Assembly: GCA_017848335.1 (NCBI GenBank)
Contig: JAGDAX010000052.1
Span: forward strand, 1-63,107
DNA: 63,107 nt
From: Clostridia bacterium
GTDB taxonomy: Bacteria; Bacillota; Clostridia; UBA1212
Direction: 5' to 3'
Shown here piece by piece: positions 20,357 through 29,170 of this stretch. The first letter of the stretch is position 1. Each line of letters starts with the position of its first letter. A model generated the notes under the pieces. That model was not told the DNA's origin and made no database searches. It was given only the letters and a program-made list of their open reading frames with translations. The translations under genes and the position numbers were made by a program.

Positions 20357-20980
20357 ATGGATCAGCTTATTAAAATGATCATGTTTGTTCATGACGGCTT
20401 TGAGGAGGCAGAAGCGCTTACCGCGGTCGACCTTTTAAGGCGCGCCGGCGTTAAGACCGACGTCTGCTCAATGACCGGCAATACGGTAATTAAGGGCTCC
20501 CACGGCATCAGCGTATTCGCGGACCTTGAATTCAGCGACATCTGCGACGCGGGCGGGAAAATGGAATCAGGTGCAGTCGAGGAGGGCGCCTTAGCGGACT
20601 TTTCCGCGATCACCGACAGCTACGACGGGATGATTCTTCCCGGAGGGCAGCCGAATTCATTCTCGCTGAGAGACGACGAGAGGATCACAGAGCTCGTGAA
20701 GGCGTTCGATCGAAAGGGAAAGCTCGTGGCGGCTATTTGTGCGGCTCCGTGCGTGCTTGAGCGGGCAGGTGTCCTTGACGGGAAAAGATGCACCTCCTAT
20801 CCCGGCATGATCTCGCCCGACAATAAGATCTATCTCGAGGAGACCGCTGTGACCGACGGGAATATAATCACCTCGCGCGGTGCGGGAACCTCTGTCGAGT
20901 TTGCTCTTGCGATCGTCGGCAAGCTGTGCGGGGCCGCGAAGGCTGATCAGATCGCAACCCGGATCATGTTCCGAAGCTGA
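20357..20980 (+). CDS. DJ-1/PfpI (ThiJ/YajL) family protein
   Basis: GFEEAEA, DLLRRAG, LPGG, AAICAAP (nucleophilic Cys), TSRGAGT. Confidence 0.9.
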   Translation: MDQLIKMIMFVHDGFEEAEALTAVDLLRRAGVKTDVCSMTGNTVIKGSHGISVFADLEFSDICDAGGKMESGAVEEGALADFSAITDSYDGMILPGGQPNSFSLRDDERITELVKAFDRKGKLVAAICAAPCVLERAGVLDGKRCTSYPGMISPDNKIYLEETAVTDGNIITSRGAGTSVEFALAIVGKLCGAAKADQIATRIMFRS

Positions 20981-21038
20981 CGGCCGGGAAGGGCAGATAT
21001 CCCTGCTCTGCAGCCTGTTCTCACGTTTTCTTACATTA

Positions 21039-21130
21039 TCGCAATAATTTATAGTCGCGATTATTTATAGTCGCAACTATTTATTGTCGCAATAATTTAA
21101 AGTGGCAATTATTTATGGTCGCAATAATTC
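21039..21130. repeat. 16-bp tandem repeat array, about 5.7 units (TCGCAATWATTTATAG)
   Basis: Exact 16-nt period; units begin at 21039, 21055, 21071, 21087, 21103 and 21119. Confidence 0.85.
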
Positions 21131-21689
21131 CGAGCCTGACTCCGCTGTCACGTTCGGAATTTTTTTTACTCCGGCAAACAGCCTGCGTTGTTGTTCCGGA
21201 TGCGTGTGAGGCCGCTTCAGATGTGCAGACAGTTCGCCTTATTGGAGAGACCTGAACGCTTCAGGAGAACGGTCAGATCACCCAAGGTGAGCGCTTTGAA
21301 CTCTTCGGGAGAGCGGTCAGTCCGCCCCATGCGAGAGCCTATGGTCTTGCTTCAAAATATAACGAATTACCGTTCCGGTCCGTGGAATTATTGTCGTGAT
21401 TCCCGGAAGCTTAAACAACGGACGAATGCGAAAAACAAAGAAAAACGAAGAAAATGAAAGAAAACAGAAGATGCGCGAAATTATTTTAAAGTTTTTTTAA
21501 GAAAACACTTGCATTTTCGGGTTAAAATGGGTTATACTGTCTGCAAGTCATTTTTTGATGGTTTTTTCTTGCTTTTCTAATCTATATTTAACGGTTTCGT
21601 AAGCACCTTATACGATTACAAACGCATATTTTGTCAAATTAGGACTGTAATTTGAAATTTTCTTTTAGGAAAGGGTAAGAGAGGTTTTT

Positions 21690-24600
21690 ATGAAAAGGAT
21701 TATTTCATTTCTAGTCGCTGCTGTAATGGCGATTTCCGTTTTCGGAATGCTTCATATAGCAGCTCCGATGCAGGCTGCTGCAGCGGAAACTAACCTGGCG
21801 CTGGGCAAGCCGGTGACCCAGGATCTCAATGGCTGCGGCGTTATGGGCGGTCATCCCGGAGATTTGTGGTATTACGGTTATCTCACCGACGGAAAGACGT
21901 TTGAGAACGTCGGCTACGACGCAGCAGGTCAGCCGACCGATTCCAGTTACGGCTGGTACGTCACGAAAGCCGGAGCCGATCCGATGAACGCCAGCGCCAT
22001 CATTGACCTTGGCGCCGTTTATGAGATCTGCCGTGTCAAGATTTATACTGAGTACCACTTCATCGGGCTCAAATTCCCCAATACTTATGATATTTACGTT
22101 TCGGCCGACGGCACTAATTGGACCAAGGTGTTCGGCGAGGCAGGGAGAACCGGCTATATGACCCACGCCAAGGTCGCCGAGTTTGAGAAGACACCTGCCA
22201 GGTACGTTAAGACCACAATCGTTTACGGAAACGACGTGGTAACGTCCGACGAGAATCTTGACGGCATTGAAGACGACGGCGGTTATGTTCAGTATGCGGG
22301 TATCGGCGAGATTGAGGTCTATGATACATATGCCACCGGCAACATTGCTCTCAATAAGACTTCAAAAGAATCGGTCTTAGACGTATTCAATACTCCGGAT
22401 TATGCAGCATTGGGATATGCACCGAGTCATTTTGTGCTTGGATCCTCCGGCCAGTGGAATGAAGACGCCATCACAGGGCCTACGGTTCCCTTTAATTTCG
22501 GACCTTATAACATAACAGGCTGGATAGTTACCAATTTCTGGCAGAGCACGAGTATCAGACAGGATATCGACCTCCATGCCGTTTACAATATTAACCAAAT
22601 CAAGTTGGTTCCTATGGCATGGAACGGCGGCTGGATGTTCCCCAATTCCTACGATATTTTCGTTTCGGAGGACGGCGACACCTGGACGCGCGTTTATAAC
22701 GGGAATAACGAGAGTGCTCTCAACGTTCCCGCCGAAACACGCATCATCGATTTCGCTCCGATAAATGCGCGTTATATCAGCATAGCTGTCTACCACGGCA
22801 CCCAGGTCGACGGCATGCAGCACTGGACCGGTTTAGGCACAGTTGAGGTTTACGGTACTTTTGTGAGCGGATATGCCGAGAGATCCGGAGTGGCTCATTT
22901 TGACGCTAAGGATCTGACCTTCTGGAAGAGAGACAACGCTCCGACCGCTCCTTTCACCGCCGAAAGGACCGAGGACGGTATAAGAATTGAAAAACTGTCC
23001 AACAGCGATCCCGGCTGGGCAGAATTGCAGGGCGGCGATACAAACGCCTACTTCCACATTGTTCTTCCGGATACTATGAAGCCTTCCGAATATCCCTTCT
23101 ATGCTATAGAGGCAGTTGGAGACCGGGATGTGGCTCTGGCACTGTGCTATGATAACGGTTGGACTCCCTTTGTGGGAATGACGTTCGGCACCACTAAGAG
23201 TCTGCAGGTCACGCCTTATGCCGATGATATAAGCTTTGCGCCTTTCGCCTTAATGTCCGAAGGTGCTATCACGATCAACAGCATAACTTTCTACAAGACC
23301 GTTGAGGACTACCAGAGAGACATCTGGGAGCGCGGATATGCCACGTACGGTGTTAACAGCGCCAGTGTTAAGGTTGGTGACAGCCTCACGCTGACTGTCA
23401 GCGCTGTATTCCCGCCCGAAGCCACGACGCCCAGGCTGAAGGTTACCGATGCTGAAGGTGTTGAGACCGTTCTCGAACCTGTAGCTTCATCTTCCGGTGG
23501 TTTGTATTACTTCGATTACGCCAATATTTATCCCCAGAAGATCGCTGACGTTATCGCATTTGATCTTTTGGACGGCACACTCCCGATCGAAGGTATTAAT
23601 ACTATAGGCTACAGCGTTCAGAGCTATTTCGATGCTCTTTACAATTATCCTGCAGCCGCGCTTGGGTACTCGGACGGTAAGAAAGCCGCCCTGGATACAC
23701 TGCTTGCCGACCTTCTGACGTTCGGCGCAGCGTCGCAGATCTACAAATCTTACAATACTGAAAATCTTGCTGACAGTCTTGCCTGGGTAGCGGACACCAA
23801 GACTCCGGCCAATTCAAACACGCCGGTCAACGTTAAGGGCGTCACAAAGACAACTGAGGGCGACAGATTCATCGCCGCCACTCTCCTTATCGACAATGCG
23901 ATCCAGATCAAGACCAAATTCGAGGCCACCAATGCGGTTGCCGTTAAGTTTACTGCTGACGGAAGAAGCACTGTAGTTCCTGCTGCAGATTGGACTGCTG
24001 ACGGAGACAAGTTTACTGCGCTTTCCGCTCCTCTGCTTGCCAGCAAGCTGAGCAAAACCGTGACGGTTACTCTGCTTGATGCTTCGGATGAAGAACTGGC
24101 CGGTATCACCTACAGCGTTGAGTCCTATATCGCTTCGGGTGCATGCAGCGACGCAGTATTCACGGACGCTCTGCTTAATTACGGCCGTTCGGCTCGTGCT
24201 TTCATCAACGATCCCGACGGAGTTGAGCTGGTCACTATGGTTTTCCCTGAGGATAATACCGTATTTGACAAGACTTTTGCAGGCGACGTTCTTTCCCTTA
24301 ACATGAGCAACGCAAGCGCAGCTACGCTTACGGAGCTTGGTCTTAGCGGCTTGGCACGTAATGCCGTTACACAGTTCCTGCTTGAAAACTATAAGTTCAC
24401 GGTCGAGGGACAGGTCAACTATAGCAAATCTGACTCTGACAGGTCGCACACCTCTGCGTTTACATACGCATCCGGTAAGGTGATGTACAAGGATGAGCTT
24501 AGAGACGTTCTGGCAGTTGTTATCGAGGGTACCGAGTCAGAGGGCGAGTGGTATTCAAATATTGATTTCGCTCCTTCTCACAGCAACGACACGAAATATT

Positions 24601-25274
24601 CCGAGAACTTCCTTGCTATCGCGCAGGATGTCTTCAGCTACATAGAGCCTTTGGCTGCCGGGATGGATAGTCCTGTAGTGCTCTTTACGGGCTTCAGCCG
24701 CGGCGCTGCTGCAGCGAATCTGCTTGGAACTATCTACAACGCGGAATTCGGATCCGACGACGTGTTTGTTTATACGTTTGCTACTCCTAATACCGTAAGG
24801 AGCGCCGACGTTGCGGTTGGTCCCAACATATTCAATGTTGTCAATCCTGCTGACCTGGTGACCAGGGTTCCCTTCGATTTCATCGGTTATTTCAGAGCCG
24901 GCAACGATATTGAACTTACTCCCGAAGCTTCTGCTCTCAGTACCGCTAATACTCTCATGAATTATCTTAACGGTCTTCCGAGTAATATTAAGGATATCTA
25001 TGAGACCAAGTATAACACAAACAATTCCGGTACCAATGGACAAAACAGCAGGACAGTGATTTCAATATTTGAATCTGTCATACCGAGTATTTTTACGGGC
25101 AATACGAGTGAGCTTCAAAATCTTGGTCTTTCGGCTATTTTCTGGAGCAGCAATTCAAAGCTTGCCCCAATTAAGAATCTCTTTACATATGCACTGCAGA
25201 ATATGTCTGCAGTACAGGCGGCAGGCTCGCAGCATACCGTAGAGATCTACTTCGACATGCTTGATGCCCTTTGA
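21690..25274 (+). CDS. Secreted modular protein: two F5/8 type C (CBM32-like) domains, uncharacterised middle repeats, C-terminal class 3 lipase-like alpha/beta hydrolase
   Basis: Sec signal ending AQAAAA; NLALGKPV...IDLGAVYEICRVKI...YDIYVSADGTNWT twice; TGFSRGAAAANL, YTFATP, NPADLVTRVP, QHTVEIY. Confidence 0.75.
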   Translation: MKRIISFLVAAVMAISVFGMLHIAAPMQAAAAETNLALGKPVTQDLNGCGVMGGHPGDLWYYGYLTDGKTFENVGYDAAGQPTDSSYGWYVTKAGADPMNASAIIDLGAVYEICRVKIYTEYHFIGLKFPNTYDIYVSADGTNWTKVFGEAGRTGYMTHAKVAEFEKTPARYVKTTIVYGNDVVTSDENLDGIEDDGGYVQYAGIGEIEVYDTYATGNIALNKTSKESVLDVFNTPDYAALGYAPSHFVLGSSGQWNEDAITGPTVPFNFGPYNITGWIVTNFWQSTSIRQDIDLHAVYNINQIKLVPMAWNGGWMFPNSYDIFVSEDGDTWTRVYNGNNESALNVPAETRIIDFAPINARYISIAVYHGTQVDGMQHWTGLGTVEVYGTFVSGYAERSGVAHFDAKDLTFWKRDNAPTAPFTAERTEDGIRIEKLSNSDPGWAELQGGDTNAYFHIVLPDTMKPSEYPFYAIEAVGDRDVALALCYDNGWTPFVGMTFGTTKSLQVTPYADDISFAPFALMSEGAITINSITFYKTVEDYQRDIWERGYATYGVNSASVKVGDSLTLTVSAVFPPEATTPRLKVTDAEGVETVLEPVASSSGGLYYFDYANIYPQKIADVIAFDLLDGTLPIEGINTIGYSVQSYFDALYNYPAAALGYSDGKKAALDTLLADLLTFGAASQIYKSYNTENLADSLAWVADTKTPANSNTPVNVKGVTKTTEGDRFIAATLLIDNAIQIKTKFEATNAVAVKFTADGRSTVVPAADWTADGDKFTALSAPLLASKLSKTVTVTLLDASDEELAGITYSVESYIASGACSDAVFTDALLNYGRSARAFINDPDGVELVTMVFPEDNTVFDKTFAGDVLSLNMSNASAATLTELGLSGLARNAVTQFLLENYKFTVEGQVNYSKSDSDRSHTSAFTYASGKVMYKDELRDVLAVVIEGTESEGEWYSNIDFAPSHSNDTKYSENFLAIAQDVFSYIEPLAAGMDSPVVLFTGFSRGAAAANLLGTIYNAEFGSDDVFVYTFATPNTVRSADVAVGPNIFNVVNPADLVTRVPFDFIGYFRAGNDIELTPEASALSTANTLMNYLNGLPSNIKDIYETKYNTNNSGTNGQNSRTVISIFESVIPSIFTGNTSELQNLGLSAIFWSSNSKLAPIKNLFTYALQNMSAVQAAGSQHTVEIYFDMLDAL

Positions 25275-25326
25275 TACAGGTTTTATTGATCATTCAAAGA
25301 GTTTCGCATAAATGGCGATCCGGTAT

Positions 25327-25355
25327 TTGCTTTGTAATGCTTGAGAAATTATAGT
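25327..25355 (+). promoter_or_regulatory. Sigma-A promoter upstream of the intron-like RNA
   Basis: TTGCTT-N17-TATAGT; no ORF follows on this strand. Confidence 0.55.
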
Positions 25356-25417
25356 AATTTATATTTAACGTCAAATATCACGTCAAATATCGTCGCTTAG
25401 GCGAAACAGACAGCAGG

Positions 25418-25460
25418 GCAGGCGGCCCGGAAGATGATTTCCGGCCGCCTGCTTTCATAG
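25418..25460 (+). terminator. Terminator-like hairpin immediately 5' of the intron-like RNA (IIC-type insertion site)
   Basis: GCAGGCGGCC(C)GGAA/TTCCGGCCGCCTGC stem then TTTCATAG, directly before GTACG. Confidence 0.6.
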
Positions 25461-25715
25461 GTACGACAGGTATTCAGCCGGTCCGTGGTGAAAGTCCACA
25501 AGAGGCGCAGCCCTCGACGAACACCAAAGCGACTCCCAAGGCTTCCACTGCGAGGTGCAGACGAGAGGAAGGGATAGCGCAATCTCAGCCTTACGAACAG
25601 GAACCCAATACTAAGGCGTATACGGCGGATAAGTGGGCCTGGAGTCACGAAGTCCAAAAGGCAACCGTAACCCGTATGCGTAGATCGGGAGGGTAGACGA
25701 GGAAAGACCGGGCTG
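25461..25715 (+). ncRNA. Group IIC intron domain I-like RNA lacking domains II-VI and RT ORF
   Basis: 5' GTACG; GTGGTGAAAGTCCAC hairpin; CAAGG-CTTCC...GCGA loop...GGAAG; CGAACAGGAAC; GGATAAGT; GAAGTCC; GGAAAGAC; closing helix 25475-25483 with 25706-25715. The motif order matches IIC domain I as I recall it. Confidence 0.75.
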
Positions 25716-25735
25716 CGGGCGCGGCAGCTTTTTTT
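25712..25735 (+). terminator. Intrinsic terminator ending the intron-like RNA
   Basis: GCTGC-GGGCGCG-GCAGC followed by T7. Confidence 0.65.
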
Positions 25736-26112
25736 ATTCAATAGACTTCTTAAATCAAGCGGCGTTTTACCGTAAGGATGCGAAAAACGTGATACGAAAT
25801 AGCTGTATTTATATGTGCTGTTTGTGCTGTTTGTGTCATTTGTTTTGTGATGCAGGCCGTTGGAAAGGTATATTCTGATATTTACGCGCTATGGCCTATA
25901 GTATTTTTTTGCTCTCGAATTGCTTTCAAGGTCTGCTGTTTGGTCGAATAGCGAGGATTCCGGAAAAAGCCGGGAAAAGCGTTTTAAAATATAAAAAAAG
26001 CGGATCATGATTCATTCAGTAGAAGTTCAGATGAACAACGTTACTGTCGAATTTGATCCGCTCTGAAATTGCGTAAGAAGTGAACCTTGAAGGATCCGCT
26101 TAAATAATTGAT

Positions 26113-27501
26113 TTAATAGAGGCCTTTCAGGTAGGGAAGCGAGTCGACCGGTTTGCCGTCGAGTCTGACCTCGAAGTGGAGGTGGGGGCCGGTGGCGCCG
26201 CCGGTCATGCCTACCAGTGAGATGGTCTGGCCTTTCTTGACGTGATCGCCTTTGGAGACCAGAAGCTTGCTGCAGTGGGCGTAAACGGACTGGAGGCCGT
26301 TGCCGTGGTCGATGATGACGGTGAGGCCGTAGGCGCCGTTGTTGGCTGCCATGGAGACTACGCCGTCCTGAGCCGCGTAAATCTTGGTGCCGGAGCTGGC
26401 AGCGATGTCGGTGCCGGCGTGAAGCATCCAGACGTGGGCTATCGGGTGATTCCTGTAGCCGAAATAGTCGGTGAATTTAATGTAGCTTTCAAGGGGCCAG
26501 CAGAATCCGGCGCTTTCGGGGGAGCGGGGAACGTTGCTTTGGGAACCTTCGTTCAAGGCTTCTTCCTTGGCGCGCTGGGCGTCCTCGGCTTCCTTGCGCG
26601 CTCTTTCGGCGGCTTCAGCGGCTTTGCGGGCCTCGGCTTCTAAGCGGGCCTTTTCGGCTTCGGCGGCCTTGCGGGCTTCCTCTTCCTTGCGCTTGCGCTC
26701 TTCTTCGGCTCTGCGGGCTTCTTCCTCGGCCTGGCGCTGGAGCTTCTCAAGCTCGTTTAATTTATCGGTAAGCTCGTCGCGGGTGAGCTCGTATTCCTCT
26801 TTTTCCTTTTCGAGGTTGTGAACAAGGGCGGTCAGCGTCTGGTAATTCTCGGTGACGAATTCGCGGTTGTTCTCGAGGTCCTGAATGGCCGCCTCGACCT
26901 CGGCGAGGATGATTTCCTTGTCGGCAAAGAGACGCTCTTCCTGGGCCTTCTTGTCCTCGAGAAGAGCTTCCTGCAGGCGGATCTTCTCAAGAAGCTCGCG
27001 ATCCTCGGCAATCATCTTGCGGTAAATGTTGAGCTTTTCAATGAAATCGAAAATGTTTTTGGACGTGAAGAACATCTGAATGAGCTCGAAGTCGGTGGAC
27101 GACTGGTACATGACGCGGGTCCTGTCGAGAAGAAGGTCCTCCATCTCGTCGTGCTCCTTCTGCATCTTGGCGATTTCATTCTCGAACTGCTCGATGTCTT
27201 CCTTGATGTTGACGAGCTCGTTCAGAAGGTAATCCCGGTCGCTCATGTGGCTGAGCTTCTCGGACTCGATGCCTGCGAGACTGTTGGCAAGGTCGGTCAG
27301 GTAATCCTGGCGTTCCTTGATCCTGCGCTGGATTTCACTGAGCTTTGTTTCGGTGTCGGAAAGGTCGCCCCTGGCGTCCTTGATGTCGCTTGTGTAGTCT
27401 TTAGCGGAGGCGATAAAAACCCCGCCGCCAAGGCCGATGGCAGCAGTGAGAGTCAGAGTGGCGATTCTTATGAGAGTTTTTTCTTTAACGGTTTGCTTCA
27501 T
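26113..27501 (-). CDS. Coiled-coil M23 peptidase (EnvC/murein hydrolase activator-like)
   Basis: Likely start MKQTVK at 27501 with RBS; signal/TM, long coiled coil, HAGTDI (HxxxD), SVYAHCS, ATGPHLHFEV (HxH). Confidence 0.88.
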   Translation of the reverse strand: MKQTVKEKTLIRIATLTLTAAIGLGGGVFIASAKDYTSDIKDARGDLSDTETKLSEIQRRIKERQDYLTDLANSLAGIESEKLSHMSDRDYLLNELVNIKEDIEQFENEIAKMQKEHDEMEDLLLDRTRVMYQSSTDFELIQMFFTSKNIFDFIEKLNIYRKMIAEDRELLEKIRLQEALLEDKKAQEERLFADKEIILAEVEAAIQDLENNREFVTENYQTLTALVHNLEKEKEEYELTRDELTDKLNELEKLQRQAEEEARRAEEERKRKEEEARKAAEAEKARLEAEARKAAEAAERARKEAEDAQRAKEEALNEGSQSNVPRSPESAGFCWPLESYIKFTDYFGYRNHPIAHVWMLHAGTDIAASSGTKIYAAQDGVVSMAANNGAYGLTVIIDHGNGLQSVYAHCSKLLVSKGDHVKKGQTISLVGMTGGATGPHLHFEVRLDGKPVDSLPYLKGLY

Positions 27502-27612
27502 GAGATCTTCCTTATTATCATCTTTAGTACAGCCGCAGTAAGGCGCTTTCAACTTCGGTAAACCTATTGCAAGGGCCCGGTGGTACTGGAGCCGCCGGAA
27601 CAAATCGTTCGT

Positions 27613-27641
27613 ATTATAATCTATCTTGAGCGGGATTTCAA
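27613..27641 (-). promoter_or_regulatory. Sigma-A promoter of the M23 gene
   Basis: TTGAAA-N17-TATAAT on the minus strand. Confidence 0.65.
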
Positions 27642-27901
27642 GCTTTTCGTTTGGCTGCCGGGTTCCAAGGGTTCCAAGCTCCGGGTGCGCTGCGCGACGA
27701 ATCGGATCCCGCGTCTGAGCTTTTTGTCTGACGCGCTGAGCGGTGGCCGGAGGCCGGAGGATTCGGCCTCTGCGCGTTGTTGTCGCTTTGCGAAGCCGTC
27801 CGGAACGTAACCTTGCCCAGGCCTGCGTCTCGCACAGAGCGTGCCTCCTTTTCAGATAGTTACCCTGTTCAGAAAGTTACCCTGTTCAGAAGGTTACCTG
27901 C

Positions 27902-29170
27902 TCAGAACGTTACCCTGAAGGTGGTGCCGTACTCGGGGGAGCTTGTCGCGGTGATCGTGCCGTTCAGCTTCTCGACAATGTCGTGTGCGATGGAGAGCCC
28001 GAGCCCGAAGCCGCTGTCGGCAGAGTCCTGCGTCCGTGACTTGTCGGCCTTGAAGAACCTGTCGAAAATGTGGGGCAGGTCTTCGGGGGCAATGACGTCG
28101 CCGACGTTGTTCACAAATATGTCCACCTTCTTGTCCATTTTTCCGAGGGTGACCTTGATGGCCGAGCCGGGGGCGGCATGCTTCACGGCGTTGTCCAGCA
28201 GGACGCTGAATACGCGCTCAAGCATTGTGCCGTCGGTGTTGAGATGTACGTCGGGCATTATCGCGGTGCTGATCTCCACGTTGCGCTCAAAGGCGACGGG
28301 CTCGAAGCAGAGGCATTTTTCCTCAGCCAGCTCCGATACGTTGACGTCGCCGGTCACGACCTTGTAGCCGTCCGCGTCCGATTTGGCCAGGTAGAGCATC
28401 TGCTCAAGAAGCTTCTGCATTTTTTCGGCCTCGTCGCGTGTGCTTTCGACCCACTGCTTCATTTCGGGCCCGGTGGTTTTGGCCCCGAGTATGTCGGAAT
28501 TCGCGAGAATAACTGTAACGGGCGTTTTCAATTCGTGGGAAGCGTCGGCGATGAACTGCTTGCGGGTCTCCCAGGCTTCCTTGACGGGCTTCACCGCGAG
28601 ATTCGCGAGAATAACGCTCACAGCCAGGAAAATCAGCAGCAGCGCCAGCGTCATAATGCCGCACATCAGGGAGGTGGTCCTGACCGAAGAATTCAGGTCG
28701 GTGCGGTCCGTGAACGCAACGCACATGCCGGCCTCGAGCTGCCTCCGCATGTAATTGACGCGCACCTCGCTGATGTAGCCGGTGTCCTTCCCGGAGGCCA
28801 GCGCCTTTTTGACCGAGAAGTCGAGGGCCTCCTGAGACATCTTGGCGGAGAACTCCGTCTTCACGAGAATGTCGCCGTTGCTGTCGAGAAGCACCGCCAC
28901 TGCGGTTCCGTTTATGAAATCTGACCGGTTCAGCTGAATATCGCCGCCTATGCCGTCGAAGGGCAGTGTGGGAGTGAAGCTGTCGCCGAAATCCCTCCTG
29001 TAGTCCGAGTTGGTCTCAAAGAAGTAGATGGCCTTGCTGAGCCGGTCGTTGATCTTGCGCTGCTCAAGGCGGTAGACGAGGCCGATTGCGATGCCGGAAA
29101 CCAGCAGCAATATGACGCCAACAAGAACCATATTGATGAGCACCATTCTGAGTTTGAGCTTTCCCAGCAT
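27902..29170 (-). CDS. Sensor histidine kinase
   Basis: 2 TM; FIADASHELKTP H-box, LLDNAVKHA N-box, IFDRFFKAD, GFGLGLSIA. Confidence 0.93.
   Translation of the reverse strand: MLGKLKLRMVLINMVLVGVILLLVSGIAIGLVYRLEQRKINDRLSKAIYFFETNSDYRRDFGDSFTPTLPFDGIGGDIQLNRSDFINGTAVAVLLDSNGDILVKTEFSAKMSQEALDFSVKKALASGKDTGYISEVRVNYMRRQLEAGMCVAFTDRTDLNSSVRTTSLMCGIMTLALLLIFLAVSVILANLAVKPVKEAWETRKQFIADASHELKTPVTVILANSDILGAKTTGPEMKQWVESTRDEAEKMQKLLEQMLYLAKSDADGYKVVTGDVNVSELAEEKCLCFEPVAFERNVEISTAIMPDVHLNTDGTMLERVFSVLLDNAVKHAAPGSAIKVTLGKMDKKVDIFVNNVGDVIAPEDLPHIFDRFFKADKSRTQDSADSGFGLGLSIAHDIVEKLNGTITATSSPEYGTTFRVTF

Noticed and set aside
21244-21323. Glycine riboswitch
   Set aside because: Only partial resemblance; the conserved CCGAAG and CUCAGG elements are altered, there is no tandem aptamer, and no glycine-related gene is downstream
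25381-25460. Upstream hairpins as D5/D6 of a circularly permuted group II intron
   Set aside because: No D5 consensus and no bulged branch A; the hairpin fits a terminator-type IIC target site better. A covariance search should still exclude this
25672-25680. CCGTATGCG as a group II intron domain V
   Set aside because: It lacks the AGC/CGC triad context and downstream D6; it pairs with CGTATACGG (25617-25625) as a domain I stem
25699-25714. GAGGAAAGACCGGGCT resembling the RNase P RNA 5' conserved region
   Set aside because: It is followed immediately by a terminator and none of the remaining RNase P helices; it is better explained as the end of intron domain I
25397-25741. 114-aa minus-strand ORF (..IGFLFVRLRLRYPF..)
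   Set aside because: It is the antisense reading of the group II intron domain I sequence, a common false gene call
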